From: Eledone cirrhosa
Taxonomy: Eukaryota
DNA: 64,000 bases
Assembly (NCBI GenBank): GCA_964016885.1
Contig: OZ024745.1
Location: 103,354,001 to 103,418,000 of the forward strand
Direction of reading: 5' to 3'
The first letter of the stretch is position 1. Every line of letters begins with the position of its first letter. The translations under genes and the position numbers were made by a program. The notes under the pieces were generated by a model. That model made no database searches. It worked only from the letters and a program-made list of their open reading frames with translations, and was not told the origin of the DNA. Below are positions 36,903 through 50,042 of the stretch, piece after piece.

Positions 36903-37092
36903 AAGGGTGGTGGATTGTCAGTATCGGTAGAGGGTCGGACGCCATGCTTTGCAGCGAAGAGTTACAGCTTTTTATGGTCTGAGTTCAAATCCCACCGAGG
37001 TTAACTTTGCCTTTCATCCTTACGGGGTCGATAAAATAAAGTACCAGTAATACACTGGGATAATTGCTGGCCTTGTGCCAAAAGTAGAAACA
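36903..37092 (+). mobile_element. Family A SINE, full length
   Basis: A/B boxes and CORE; TSD aatatattctgg at about 36860 and 37092. Confidence 0.9.
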
Positions 37093-38454
37093 ATATATTC
37101 TGGCTGGTTTAACAAACAATAATTTCTTTGTGTTTGCTGTATTTTCTGCTTGACATGTAAGTCTGATATACTTGAGGTGTTATACATAGATGAAGTTTTG
37201 TAAGGTGGAAGTCTTGCTAATATTTTATATTTCTATGTTAATGTATACAAAATTGTATTCTCCTTCATCATAATTGACTGTGCTTCAATCACCTTTAAAC
37301 ATGCTTTTTTTTTAAATTGAATCCAGCATGCTTTCAAACACACTTCCATTTTTTGTATTTCAATTTCTTTTGGAAGCCTAGACTGTACTCCCTATTTCAG
37401 TCAAGATCTTCCACATACTTGAAGTAACTTTCTTCTTCTGTTCATATTAACATTATTGTCTGTTAGTACTGTTCCCAGCTTATTAAACTTAACTGTTGAT
37501 TTTGATATTTTCATCTCGAATGAAATTACTTTTCCTTTTGGATTACTAGAAATCATCACTGTTTAATGTCTATTTTCCAAACTTGCATGAGTTAGAAGCA
37601 TTGTCATGTTCTGAGGCTAGACTAGTCAGGTGACTAGGTCTTACTCACATGTTCCATTATTGGTTTGGTTTCTATTGTTGGATGCCCTCCTTAGTATCAA
37701 CCACCTTACAACATGCACTTAGAACATTTTATCATGATTCTTTACAGGGTGGACTGGATGTTTTTCATTGTGGCACCAGCACTATCCCTTCACAGAGTGA
37801 GATAGGTGCATTTTTATCATAGCACCACCACAGAAAAAGCATTGAATAGGAGTCAGGGGGACGGTCATACCACCGTAGGAGAGGAAGTGTTGGGTCATGG
37901 TGGTGGCCTTGAAGAGAGTGCTGTTGTGTTATTTCATGAATGAGATTATGTCTCTCATTGCAATCATCAAATCAAGATAGCCCACCTTACTATGCCAAAT
38001 ATTAGTATGATAGTCTTTCGTTCGGGCACTAAGTAACTGATGAATTATCTTATGGAGACTAAATAATTCAGTTAAAATAGCAGAAATCAATTATAATATC
38101 TCTTTTGATGAGATAGAATGACCGGCATTCTTTAGTGTAATCAATAACAGTCATCCAGAAAATAGAGAACATGTAGTTCATATTCCATTAATGTGTCAGT
38201 TTTTTGTCTCAAATTGGTGATTGGTCTAATATGAAGGAAAGAATGGTTAAGTGGTTAATAAATTTACCTCACAATCATATCCCATTGCATGTAATCTTGG
38301 CCAAGTATTATTTACCATAGCTTTGAGTTGACCCAAGCCTTGTGAATGAAATTAGATAGACAGAAACTATAAGGAAACCAATTAGATACTCTGTGCTTGT
38401 AATTTATCACACTCTGTGTCTTGCTGATTCCACTTGTTGATTGTACACATGTCT

Positions 38455-38830
38455 GTGAAGGCATGTGGCTTTGTGGTTATGGTATTCAGCTCACAATCGT
38501 GAGGTTGTGAGTTCAATTCCCGGCAGCATGTTGTGTCCTTGAGCAAGACACTTTATTTCACATTGCTCCAGTCCACTCAGCTGGCAAAAATGAGTTGTAC
38601 ATGTAAGTTGAACCAGCCTTGTCACACACTGTGTCACACTGAATCTCCCTGAGAACTACGTAAAAAGTATGCATTTTACCTTTAAGTGAAAAAGTCGAGC
38701 CTTATCACATACTGTGTCAGGTTGATTCAACCTAAGGATTTCATTAAGGCTACATGTGTCTGTATACTACTTAGCAACTTACTTGCTAATAAAATGAGTT
38801 CAGTTGATTAAAGCATTGAATGCTTATTGT
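38455..38830 (+). mobile_element. tRNA-derived SINE (family B)
   Basis: tggctttgtgg A box, gagttcaattcc B box, gtccttgagcaagacacttt. Confidence 0.8.
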
Positions 38831-40046
38831 CAAAACTGTTGGAGATACATTTTTAAAGATCTAGAAATAGCTATAACCAGAACGTGAGGATTACAAACAA
38901 AAACAATTCCCATAATAATAGGATGTCTTGAGAATGATTAAAAAAACACATGCCATGCATTCAAATACATAACTAAACTACCATGAACAACATACAGAAA
39001 ATAAACCACTAAACATTGCACATATCTTACATTTTCAATACAATACAAAAACACAGAAACAAAATGTAACACTGCATGCACCCAAGATATACAGCTGCAC
39101 TTAGCTGTGCAGTGAAAGCATGCAATAAAAATAAGCAGAATAACTAAGTATCTGTTAGTTATTCTGTTATTTCACAAAAGAAACAAGAATGATGGAGTAT
39201 ATTCTGAAGACAATAATATACTATAATAATCACACACAATTAGTTCGATTAATTAATTATGTGCAATAATCACAAAGACAACCAATACAAAACAAATTGA
39301 AAGATCTCTGACAGACTGAAAAGAAATCAGAATTTTATACTCAATAGATAGATTAAATTAAACTAAAAGTATAAACTTTCCTTTGGATGGTTACTATGAA
39401 GTGTTTACTTATGTGTCTAAATGAAAATAGTAAATCTTTCTTATATAGGTAACCTACTTTGTGCTGAAGTTAGAGCTAATGATAACATAGTAATTAATTA
39501 CTACAAACATCATCTTAAGAATCACTGTTCTTTCTTCCTACTCAGTTCAGACAAACAGATATAAAATTAGCAGTAGCATCATTAATCTCATTAGGTTTGC
39601 CAAATACTGTGTTGTGTTTGCACACTACCAATGTTAGATGCAAAGGAACACTGACTATTGTACACTGAGTAAATCATGTCCATCATTGCTATGACCATCA
39701 CTAGACTCTACTGGCATACAAAATTAGACTGGAGAGTAGACAAAAAAAAAACAACCCCACAAATCAGGACTGCTACACAACAACTTACAAGTAAACCGTT
39801 GCATTTCAAGTCACTAAATTTCTTCATATTACAATTTACTATTTTAAAAAGAAGGTAGCTACATTGGATAATGTAGTGCTATATATATTTCACCTAAAGC
39901 CAAATATTGGATAGTCAAGGCTGGTTTTCATTTGAACATAAGTCTATATGATCAGAGTTGAGCTGTATCGGTTAGTCATACAGTTTGATCATGTTCATAA
40001 TTTTTATTACATAATCAACATCTTCTCCCATTAACTCCTCAAATCC

Positions 40047-40133
40047 TCAACGCCTTGGTGGCTCTGGTTGACTTGATCCTTGGACATATGATTTTTTAAG
40101 ATGTCCTGCTTGTAGGAATAACTCCCACAAAGT
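40047..40133 (-). CDS. Terminal coding exon of unidentified host gene (TLWELFLQAGHLKKSYVQGSSQPEPPRR*)
   Basis: Acceptor tttttttaccag, phase 0, TGA at 40047-40049; followed by about 1.2 kb of TE-free probable 3' UTR. Confidence 0.72.
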   Translation of the reverse strand, partial: TLWELFLQAGHLKKSYVQGSSQPEPPRR

Positions 40134-41213
40134 CTGGTAAAAAAAATTAGGACAGACTTATGGGTAGTGACTTTTATAGAGACTGTTCTGTACACCGAAC
40201 CACAGAAAAATAGACATATTAACAATATACTTACATGTCTACATATTAAAAATGTGAGTATTTATATACATATTGTTGCAGTCTTGGTTACACACTCTGT
40301 ATTTATACAGATATAGCTTTATTATATTGATAATAATGATAATAACAGTGGTGGTAGTGGTTGCAGCTTTGATGATGGTAGTAGTGATGGTGATGATGAT
40401 AATGTGTGTGGTGGTGTTAGTAAAAGAGTAAAGGAGGTAGTGGTGGTAATGAGGATGATAATAATAATAATGGTAGGTGGAGGAGATTGTATGTAAATTC
40501 TATATTATTTGTATTATCAGCATCTGTTATCAAAGCAAAGTAAACCACAAATGATTACTTTGAAACCAACAGTGTAAACCATATCATTCTAGATCTTATT
40601 TTTTTTATTCAGAAAAGTACATTTTAGATTGACAAAGGTATAGATTTGTGAACTATTGTTGAGATAATCATTTGCCTGGTTCAGCGAATATATTATTTTA
40701 TTAGATTTGTCAGGTCTTCTACAATAATTGATTATGTGCCAAATGTGATTAAATTCTGAACAACTTTCTAGGAATATGTTGGTAACAATATCAAATAATT
40801 ATTTTGTGGTGAACATGTTGAGACTTAAGCTCTGTCAGAAAGGTTAACTAAACCAAAAAAAAACAAAAAAAACCCTACCCCCAAAAAAACATTAATTGCA
40901 ACTTAGCATTGTTTTCACTCAAAATGTTAAACTACATTTTTCTGTTATGTTTCGTTGTATATTGGCAGTAGATTATCAAGATCAGTAGAATGCCATGTAA
41001 ATGTAAGACAGTCAGAACAGTGATAGTAAAAATTGTCAGCTTTGAATAAATCCTGCCATTGTTGAATTTGACTTCCATCCTTCTGAGGCCAATGAAATAG
41101 ATATCAATTAAGTAATTGGTTGATCTAACTGACAATTTGTTCCCGTTAAATTTATAGTCTTAATCTCCAGTTTTAGAATTTTAATCTGTCTATCTATCTC
41201 TATATGATGATGG

Positions 41214-42031
41214 TAATAATAATGATTTCTTTATTAACCACAAGGGTTTACATAAAGTAGACATTAAGGACGGTGCAGGACAATACAGGACGGTACAAAT
41301 GGGCATTTCTGCGTGTAAAAAACAAAATCAGAGGATGTAACAAAAAAATAACAATGAAAAATTCCCCAATAGGGGGGGGACTTCGGAGGGATATTTGTGG
41401 AGAAAGCCCATTAAAAGGCCACAGTGACCCTGACCACCAAGGCAAGTGCCCTTCCCAGTTTTCCACCTTTAATTTACAGACACATACTCAGAGTAGGCTC
41501 ATTCACTCGGGCCATTCTTGCTTCTCTCACCCATCTTTCAACAAAATGCTGGGAAGAGAGCACTTCCCTCTCTACTCTGATTTTCCTTTTCAAATGAAAT
41601 TTGAAAAAGTCAATCAGGGCATCACCGAAGAGGTAAGTGCTTGTCTTCAGCCCTTTCAAACGTGTCCACCATACTATCTCTTTCTCCATGGCCACCAGAC
41701 AGATAAAAACTTCCTGCCCTTCCCGGCTAAAGGAAGAGGGCGGGGCAATCCTCACGATGGACTCAGCTGATAGCCGGATCCGTCCTACACGTGACAGCAG
41801 GTGTTTGACATAAACCCACAAGTCAGCAATTCTCGGACACTGGACGAGTGCATGCAGGACGGTTTCGTCGCTCTGCACGCATCTCGGACATGCCCGGCTG
41901 ACGGCACCTCCATGCCTGTAGAGTTTATCCCAAACTGGCAAGGCTCCTCTGTAGCACTGCCAGGCCAGGGATTTCTGGAAGTTGTCCATAGGCCCCGGCC
42001 CAAAAGTTATTCCGAAGAGATTGGCTAGTTG
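41214..42031 (-). mobile_element. Tx1-like LINE 3' fragment
   Basis: MDNFQKSLAWQCYRGALPV...CPRC...HALVQC; 3' UTR and (ATT)n tail. Confidence 0.92.
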
Positions 42032-42070
<39 letters not shown>

Positions 42071-43770
42071 CTTTCTTTATTAACCACAAGGGTTTACACA
42101 AAGTAGACATTAAGGACAGTACAGGACAATACAGGACGGTACAAAAGGGCATTTCTGCGTGTAAAAAAAACAAGAAACAGAGGATGTAATAATAGAACAA
42201 TGAAAAAATTCCCCAATAGGGGGGAGACCTCCGAGGGACATTTGTGGAGAAAGCCCATTAAAAAGCCACAGTGACCCTGACCACCAGGGCAAGTGCCCTC
42301 TCCCAGTTTTCCACCTTTAATTTACAGACACATACTCAGAGTAGGCCCATTCACTCGGATCATTCTTGCCTCTCTCACCCATCTTTCAACAAAATGCTGG
42401 GAAGAGAGCACTTCCCCCTCTATCCTGATTTTCCTTTTCAAATGAAATTTGAAAAAGTTAATCAGGGCATCACCGAAGAGGTTAATGCTCGTCTTCAGCC
42501 CTTTCAAACGTGTCCACCATACTATCTCTTTTGCCATGGCCACCAGACAGATAAAAACTGCCTGCCCTTCCCGGCTAAAGGAAGAGGGCGGGGCAATGCA
42601 CACGATGGACTCAGCTGATAGCTGGATCCGTCCTACACGCGACAGCAGGTGTTTGACATAAACCCACAAGTCAGCAATGCTCGGACACTGGACAAGTGCA
42701 TGCAGGACGGTTTCGTCGTCCTGCGCGCATCCCGGACATGCCCGGCTGATGGCACCTCCATGCCTGTAGAGTTTATCCCGAACTGGCAAAGCTCCTCTGT
42801 AGCACTGCCAGGCCAGGGATTTCTGGAAGTTGTCCATAGGCCCCGGCCCAAAAGTTCTTCCGAAGAGATTGGCTAGTTGATTTTCGTCGACGCCTAGAGT
42901 TTCCCCAAGTACGTCGTCGCTCTTCCCCTCCACTAATCCTCTATAGAACGCCAAGGTGGAGTTTCCACCAATCACATTGCCCGATTGGTCGAGGGCTGTG
43001 AGCGCCTGAAGACATTCCAGTCTCCAAGCGCTCCCTCTCGGTCTTCGCTTGACCCAGGACTGCAGCTCCGTCAAGGAGATGAGCTGGGGAAAGACGCGTC
43101 TAGCAAACGGCGACCACACCTGATCACCATCGAGGAAGAGGTGGAGATGTCGAAGCCTGAGCACGTGTCTGCGCATCATCAGCCACGGCATTCCCAGCCC
43201 TCCACGTAGCGGGTGTTGACAGCAGATGAACCGCCTGACCATTGGAGCGCATCCCTTCCACAAAAAGCGAAAGAGCAAACGCTCCAGCGCAGTCAGGCGG
43301 GGCTTAGGACAAGGTACGATGGTCAGGCGGTAGTAGATGATGGACGCGATATACGCGTTAGCCACCTCCGCTCGACCTTTCAGGGATAGCTTCCTCTCCG
43401 CCCATTTCTGGGTGAGAGAAGCCACCCTGCTCGTCACCTCGTCCCAGTTTTTGTCCGTCTGGAATTCCGGACCGAACCAGACCCCGAGCAATTTAACCGG
43501 TCCATCCGTCCAGCGCCCGACGATACAGTTGGACGGCATGGACCTGCCTCTCCAGGTGCCGAGCTGCAGGCCCACCGACTTTTCCTGGTTGATCATTGCT
43601 CCTGTCACCACTTCGTATTCTCTTAGTGTAGTGCCGATCACCTCGATGTGTTTGGCGTTTGACACCACTACGCTGACATCGTGCGCATATGCTGACACAG
43701 ACCTTCTGCATCCTAGTTCGCGCGGAACCCCCGTCAACGTCTCCAGTTTGTGCATTTAGCCATACAGGGC
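42032..43770 (-). mobile_element. Tx1-like LINE, 5'-truncated, open 477-aa ORF (42322-43755)
   Basis: RT tail (YAHD), RGGLGMP, zinc knuckle; same family as 12414-16060. Confidence 0.93.
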
Positions 43771-44059
43771 TCACATTAAAGAAACATTAAAGATGATACA
43801 GTGTGGGTTTTTCTTTGTGTAAAATAAAATTTATAAAAGAGGCCAAGAAAATAAACATTTAAAACAAACATAACAAATTCCCCAAAGGTGAGGAGACTCT
43901 AGTAGAAGTAGTATGCAAGTAGTAGTATGTCACAACAAAAAGCACCCAGCTCACACAGTAAATGTGGTTGGCATTAGGAATAGCATCCAGATAATTATTT
44001 GCCTGGTTCAGCGAATATATTATTTTATTAGATTTGTCAGGTCTTCTACAATAATTCTG

Positions 44060-44140
44060 TACATCCACTGAAGAGCAATCAGATTAGTAACTCTCTCCAC
44101 TTTGTTGTGAAACAGTTCTACCAAAGGCTGTCTGGATGTG
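44060..44140 (+). ncRNA. Type I hammerhead ribozyme with GUC site, probably in a Penelope-like terminal repeat (44057-44270)
   Basis: Stem I tacatcca/tggatgtg, CTGAAGA 44068-44074, stem II gcaa/ttgt, GAAA 44109-44112, stem III cagtt/ggctg, GTC site after 44132. Confidence 0.82.
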
Positions 44141-44430
44141 TAGTTAGTTATCACGATTCGCTTTGTATTACTTAATTCATCCTTTTAATTGAGTCTGACA
44201 AACCGTATTGTTCATAGTTGGTCTCTTATTCACCCTGGTGGTTTAGGTCCCTTATGATTTGAATGCATATATGTATATATCTGTGTTTCTTTTTATTTTA
44301 TTAAATATTATTATAAGAATCAGAAATTTTTTTTTTTTTTTTTTACCTTGAGGTATTTTAATTATAAGGGATATTGTGAGTTTTAACTCAATATATACTT
44401 TAGATATATATATATATATTTTTTTTTTTA

Positions 44431-44570
44431 CTGGAAATAAAATACATGACTTATCAGTGGTGGATTTAGAGTGGGATCTATAAGGCCCATACCCCCAACC
44501 CCCATTCACTGGGGAAGCATATATATATATATATATATATAATCACACACACACATATATATATATATAT

Positions 44571-44649
<79 letters not shown>

Positions 44650-44740
44650 ATACTGGAACTAAAATATGCAACTCATCAGTGTTAGATTTAGAGTAGTGCC
44701 TAGCGGGCTTATATGCCCTCTCCGCCCATTCACTGGAGAA

Positions 44741-44776
<36 letters not shown>

Positions 44777-44862
44777 CGCAACTTATCAGTGGTGGATTTA
44801 GAGGGGGGATATGTAAGACACATTAGCATGTGACTCCCTCTCCCCCTCACTCATTCCCTGGA
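44431..44862 (+). repeat. Three diverged copies of an about 90-bp unit separated by (TA)n
   Basis: aaatat..aacttatcagtggtggatttagag...ccattcactgg at about 44431, 44652 and 44770; hAT-like end motif. Confidence 0.75.
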
Positions 44863-46570
44863 AAAGTTACTTACTGGTTTTCATTTGTATCTTAGAAACA
44901 TTTGGTAGACAAATATTTTGGTATTATGGCTTTTCTTAGCTGAAAATTATTAACTACAGGACTTAAGCAGATCATCTTTATTCTCTTTAAAACTATTTCA
45001 TATCAGCTATATGTTGTTTTGTCTTCTTTATAACCAGAAACAGTATAAGCCATATGAGGATTATTTTGTTTATAAATATTTTTTCATGGTTATCAACTAT
45101 GGTCTATGAGTGCTAAAATATAGAGATTTGTTGCTTTAGAAAGTGTTATTTAATATATCAAATCAATTTTATCCATAATAAAGAATACAAATTTCTTCGA
45201 ATTATATGGAACAAATTAAGAAATTACATCTAATTAATTGTACTAATATCAATTTTCAACATTAAATATAATTAGTTTTTAATTATGATCTGAGACTGTT
45301 GTAAAAATCATTTTTTAATCAAATGAATTAAGTGATTTGTGTGAAATACAAGTATGAATCTATTCATATGCCAAGACTATTTAACTTTCAAATGTTTTCT
45401 AACAACAAAACATCAATAATATAGACATACACTATATTCTATAATATTATATTTTTATGTTAATTACAAATAAAAGAATTGCGTGTGGTCATAAGAATCC
45501 AATCTTTGTGTTCTATAAGAGCTTGCAATAAGTCAACAACTGAAGTGTGAAATATATCCATGGTGGGATAGTGATTCATTGAAATTAATAATCATGCTCC
45601 AGAAAATATAATAATCAAGTGAATCAATAAGAATCAGTTCCCCTTTATGTTAAATGATAATTCTGTAGAGGCTTTGATGAATTTGTCACCCTGTTTATAA
45701 CATATCTTAGACTTATAAAGCTAGATTAAAATGATAATAATGATATGAAAATTATTGTGTACAGTGCTCAGGTACACTTCAACTCATCAAAGGTGCATGT
45801 ATAGTACATAGAATAAAGTACCACTGTCAGAAAAGTGAACAGTGTAAGAGTCATGATATACAAACAAATACATGTGTGCATGTGTATGTAGAGGGAATAT
45901 CAGGAAGCATGGAAGTTTTGAAGGATGCAGTGTCCCGACAGCTAACAACCAATGCAGGTAATTTGATCCATGCTTCAGCAACTTTGAGCATGGAAAAATG
46001 TGATTTATTTCTATTGTGGGAGGCACAGCAACCAGTCCCTACAATGAAATAGAGAAGCCTGAAACTGAAATTACAAAAGAGTAGGATGAAGATGATTGAA
46101 AATTAGCATTACACACTACTCAAGAGCAAATATTTCATTACAGCTAGATCTATTAAGAGCAAAATTATACTCAGTGGACAACATAATAATGTACTGTTAG
46201 ATAATCATAAAAATATTGTCAATTTCCTATATCATTTACAGAAGAGGTTATTCAAAATGTTTCTGCCATGTACTAACAAGAAAAATTGATGTAGATCAAA
46301 AACCTTACATAGCCCTAGAGAATGTTTTGCGCTTTATAAATAATATCTTAATTGTAAGATATTTTTGTAAGATATTTTTGCAAAGTATCAAACATCTAAG
46401 CAGAAATTTCTTTCGGACACTATCAATAGTACATAATCAATCGTGGTAGTAAATTATCCTTGATTTATGAAGTCATTGCAATAAAAAAGCTTGATATTAA
46501 ATCATACTCTAAATCATCTCCAAAAGCTTAATCTGTTGATAGAAACCAACTTAACATAATTTGAAATATA

Positions 46571-46754
46571 CCATATATACCCGAATATAAGCCAAGTTAA
46601 GTGACCAAAAATCGAAAGTAAAATGGAGGGGAAGGGTCTGCTCATATTCGCCATCTAAATATAATGTGCCTCAGCTTTTAATGGGGTTTGGAGTTTTGCC
46701 CATTTCTCAGAGATAAAATGAGGGTGGGGTAAGCTTATATTTGAGTATATACGG
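46571..46754. mobile_element. Tc2-like (TcMar) MITE
   Basis: TA flanks; TIR ccatatatacccgaatataagc / gcttatatttgagtatatacgg. Confidence 0.75.
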
Positions 46755-47071
46755 TAATCCTAAACATTGAAATAACTAACTGCTACCTAGCAATTTAGAT
46801 ATTTATTGCCCATGGAATATCTGATTTTGCATCTTGGGAATTGGTGTTTTATGACTATTTCAGTCACATCTTAACTATAATAAAAAAAACGAGTGCAGGG
46901 TTGCGTCCAGAATATATTTTTTTACCCCGTTTGTAAAATAAGTTGGATTACTTTGAATAAATAATGAATGAATATTACATAATTTATGTGCTAAATTTCG
47001 TGGCTGTTGGTTAAATATATTTTATAGTTTATTTAAAGATTCACTTTAAAATTTTCAAATGTCAACACTTC

Positions 47072-47253
47072 CGGTTAGTGGCCATTATCGGTGGAGGGTT
47101 AGACGCCATGCTTTCCAGCATAGTTACGTCCCTTTACGATCTGAGTTCAAATCCCGCCGAGGTTGACTTTGCCTTTCATCCTTACGGGGTCGATAAAATA
47201 AAGTACCAGTAATGCACTGGGTAATTGCTGGCCTTGTGCCTAAAGTAGAAACA
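47072..47253 (+). mobile_element. Family A SINE
   Basis: B box, CORE, tail; probable TSD aacactt. Confidence 0.9.
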
Positions 47254-48427
47254 ATTATATTATAACACTTATAAAAATATCACATATATTTCCATCGCTA
47301 ATTTTCTCCTAATGTAGTTTATATATAATATCGTCTTTTTTTAAATGTATCATGGATTACTTTACTGATTACAGAAGACAGTGGAATGTAGACTTCGTTC
47401 AACTTCTGTGTATATTGTCAATTACGATTTTATTTGATGTATCATATCTACATGCATATATATTTGTATATAATATCAACATATACACTACACATACTAG
47501 CAGAAACGACCCATAGGGTGGTTTTTCTGCTAGTCAGATTAAATTTGAAGATAAATTTCTGTTCTTAACTGTGTCTAGTTTGTGTTGAGCTGCAGTTTAA
47601 ACATTCAACACCTGGAATATTTCCTGATTCAAGATAAGGAATTTATGTGGTGATATTATTTTATTTCTAAATTCTCTTACTGCTTTCAGTGATTAGAGAG
47701 TAGGTATGCTAGGGCACTTTAAAGGGATTTATTGACCCCCAGTACTTGTTTCAAACCTGGTACTTATTTTATCGATCTACTTTTGTCGAACTGATAAGTT
47801 ATCACGAACTTAAACACAAACACAAAGATAAACACAGACATGAACGAACATACACACACTCACACAAACATAAGTTGATGTAGGGAAGGGCATTCTGCCC
47901 TAGAAAATCTGCCAGAATAGTATTGAAAGGGTTTTTCAATTTTGTCTAAGGTTTGACAACCTTCCTAGTACTGATGCCATGATAATATGTGCCCAGTATA
48001 TTCTGTATAGAATCTGGCTTCAACTGAGTGCTGATTTGGTATAATGATGATCTGTTCAGCTTATGTTAATATGGAAAATGAGACACATGCCTTAGGTGCC
48101 ATACAGTGGGATTGAACCTGAAACCACATAGTCATGAAACAAACTCTATAAACCACACAGCCTTGCTTGTCTTTCTGTGGAGAATGCGAAAGGATGAATG
48201 ATGAAAATTTGCTAGTTTTTCTCAAATGTTCCTAAGTGGTAGAGCTGTCACTCAACTGTAAAAAATGTAAATTCAATGTGACAAAGTTATCATTCCTCCT
48301 ATATCACATATTTAGAGAAGACCAACTGTTGCTGGACCCTGATAGACTGTGACCATTACATTTCAAAAATAGCTGGTTTTATGGATTTTACGGATTTCTG
48401 GATGACAGATAAACGGTTTATTACTAC

Positions 48428-48482
48428 CTGTAACTGTATATAGAACTTATTCAGAACTGAGTCTTTACATTTGCTTTTTAGC
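48428..48482 (-). CDS. Internal exon of host gene ((R)LKSKCKDSVLNKFYIQLQ)
   Basis: Acceptor tttgacag, donor CAG/gtagta; 55 nt, phase 2 to 0, fits both neighbouring exons. Confidence 0.72.
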
Positions 48483-48629
48483 CTGTCAAACATTAATGAA
48501 AAGATGTAGAACTTCTTCATAATCACAAAATATTTCAAAAGAAATGTTTTTTTTTTATTTATTAATTGTGAAGGGTCTCCTTTGGGAAGTAATGTCTGAC
48601 ATGATTGGTTGTAATCAGTCTTGATTGGA

Positions 48630-49027
48630 ATCATCATCATCATCACCGTTTTACGTCCGTTCTTCCACGCTAGCATGGATTAGATGGGTTGTCCTGTTGT
48701 GGGCAGTGTCCAGTCGGCTGATCTTGTCTTGCTCATACGGGAACTGATTCTGGCTTGATTTCTACAGCTGGATGCCCTTCCTAACACCAACCTCATTTAC
48801 AGTGAGTGTTGGGTGCTTTTTTTTGCCGTGGTACCTCCACGACCACTTTGCAGTGGAATGATAGGGACCCCAGTCTTATCATCTCATTTCTACAGTTGAG
48901 TAAATTGGAGCAATGTGAAACAAAGTGTCTTGCTCAAGGCAACAACACATCACCCGGTCCAAGAATTGAACTCACAACCTTTCAATTGCAAGCCCAATGC
49001 TCTAACCACTAAGCCATGTGCCTTCAT
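48630..49027 (-). mobile_element. RTE 3' UTR fragment (48630-48860) joined to a family B SINE (48870-49027)
   Basis: First part is nearly the reverse complement of 24840-25103. Confidence 0.85.
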
Positions 49028-49575
49028 GGAATGGACAATAAAATATTGCTGAGATGTGGAGTGCTACATATGTGCTAGAGGCATGAAGGGGGGGAGAAGC
49101 AGAAAGTCTTCTATTACATTTATAAAGGTATGTATCAAAAGGGAGGATGAACTCCACAGAGTCAATGGCCATCCCACCCCAACTATGGGTTAAATAGCCT
49201 TACCAACTCACAATTAGCTAAGCATGGTGAGTATAGCTACACCCCTGACTACCAAAACCAAACGAAAGCGATGGAAATGAACCAGGGAGGGGTTTCTCCA
49301 ACAGGTGTAAGAAGGCCCTGGATTGGATTGGATTGGATTGAATTGGATGCATATGTTGCATATGGGTGGTTATGGTTTATAGGTCAGTGGAGTTTCTTCT
49401 CGGGGTTAAATTACCTTGTGGCATATAAATTGTGAGGGAAATGAATCAAGTTTGAAAAAAATGTGAGCTCTAAATTGCAAATCAAAATATTTCTGAGGTG
49501 GAACAAGATCATACTTTTCACTTGTGCACTGGTTGCAAAATTTTAAAATTTATATTTCCTCAGATTTTCCAGTTA

Positions 49576-50042
49576 CTGTATAATCTCCTATATAAGCCAA
49601 GAAATATCGATGGTAAAAGTTTGGTGGGAGTATTGACTTATATTCAAAGTCAATATATTGCCAATTTTCACTAACTTTAAAATTCCATGTAAATAAAGGG
49701 CTAAAGTTATTTCATTTTGGAGGTGAATATTATTTTTGATGGGAAATTTGTATTTCTTATTGGTTTTTATATGTTTTGAATGAATATGACCTTCAAAATT
49801 ATCTGAAATTGGTAAACAAAAAAATCATCATATAATGGAGTTATAGACAAAAACTATACTCTAAACAACACTTAAAACTTCATAAATATATTCTTCACTC
49901 ATGAGAATTTTAACCCCACACTATCTAAACAGTTGTTTATCTGCCTTGACTTATAAACAGGGTTTGGATTTTTGTCTATTTCTCAGGCATAAAATAGGGG
50001 GTTGATTTATATTTAGATTGACTCATGTTCAAGTATATATGG
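49576..50042. mobile_element. Old Tc2-like MITE
   Basis: Degenerate TIRs ctgtataatctcctatataagcc / gactcatgttcaagtatatatgg with TA flanks. Confidence 0.55.

Noticed and set aside
40031-40225. 64-aa track ORF as the gene product
   Set aside because: Splice phase indicates a different frame starting at the 40133 acceptor
44900-45720. Decayed Penelope-like RT on the minus strand
   Set aside because: Only faint motif resemblance (GY.E...DD); not supportable without a profile search
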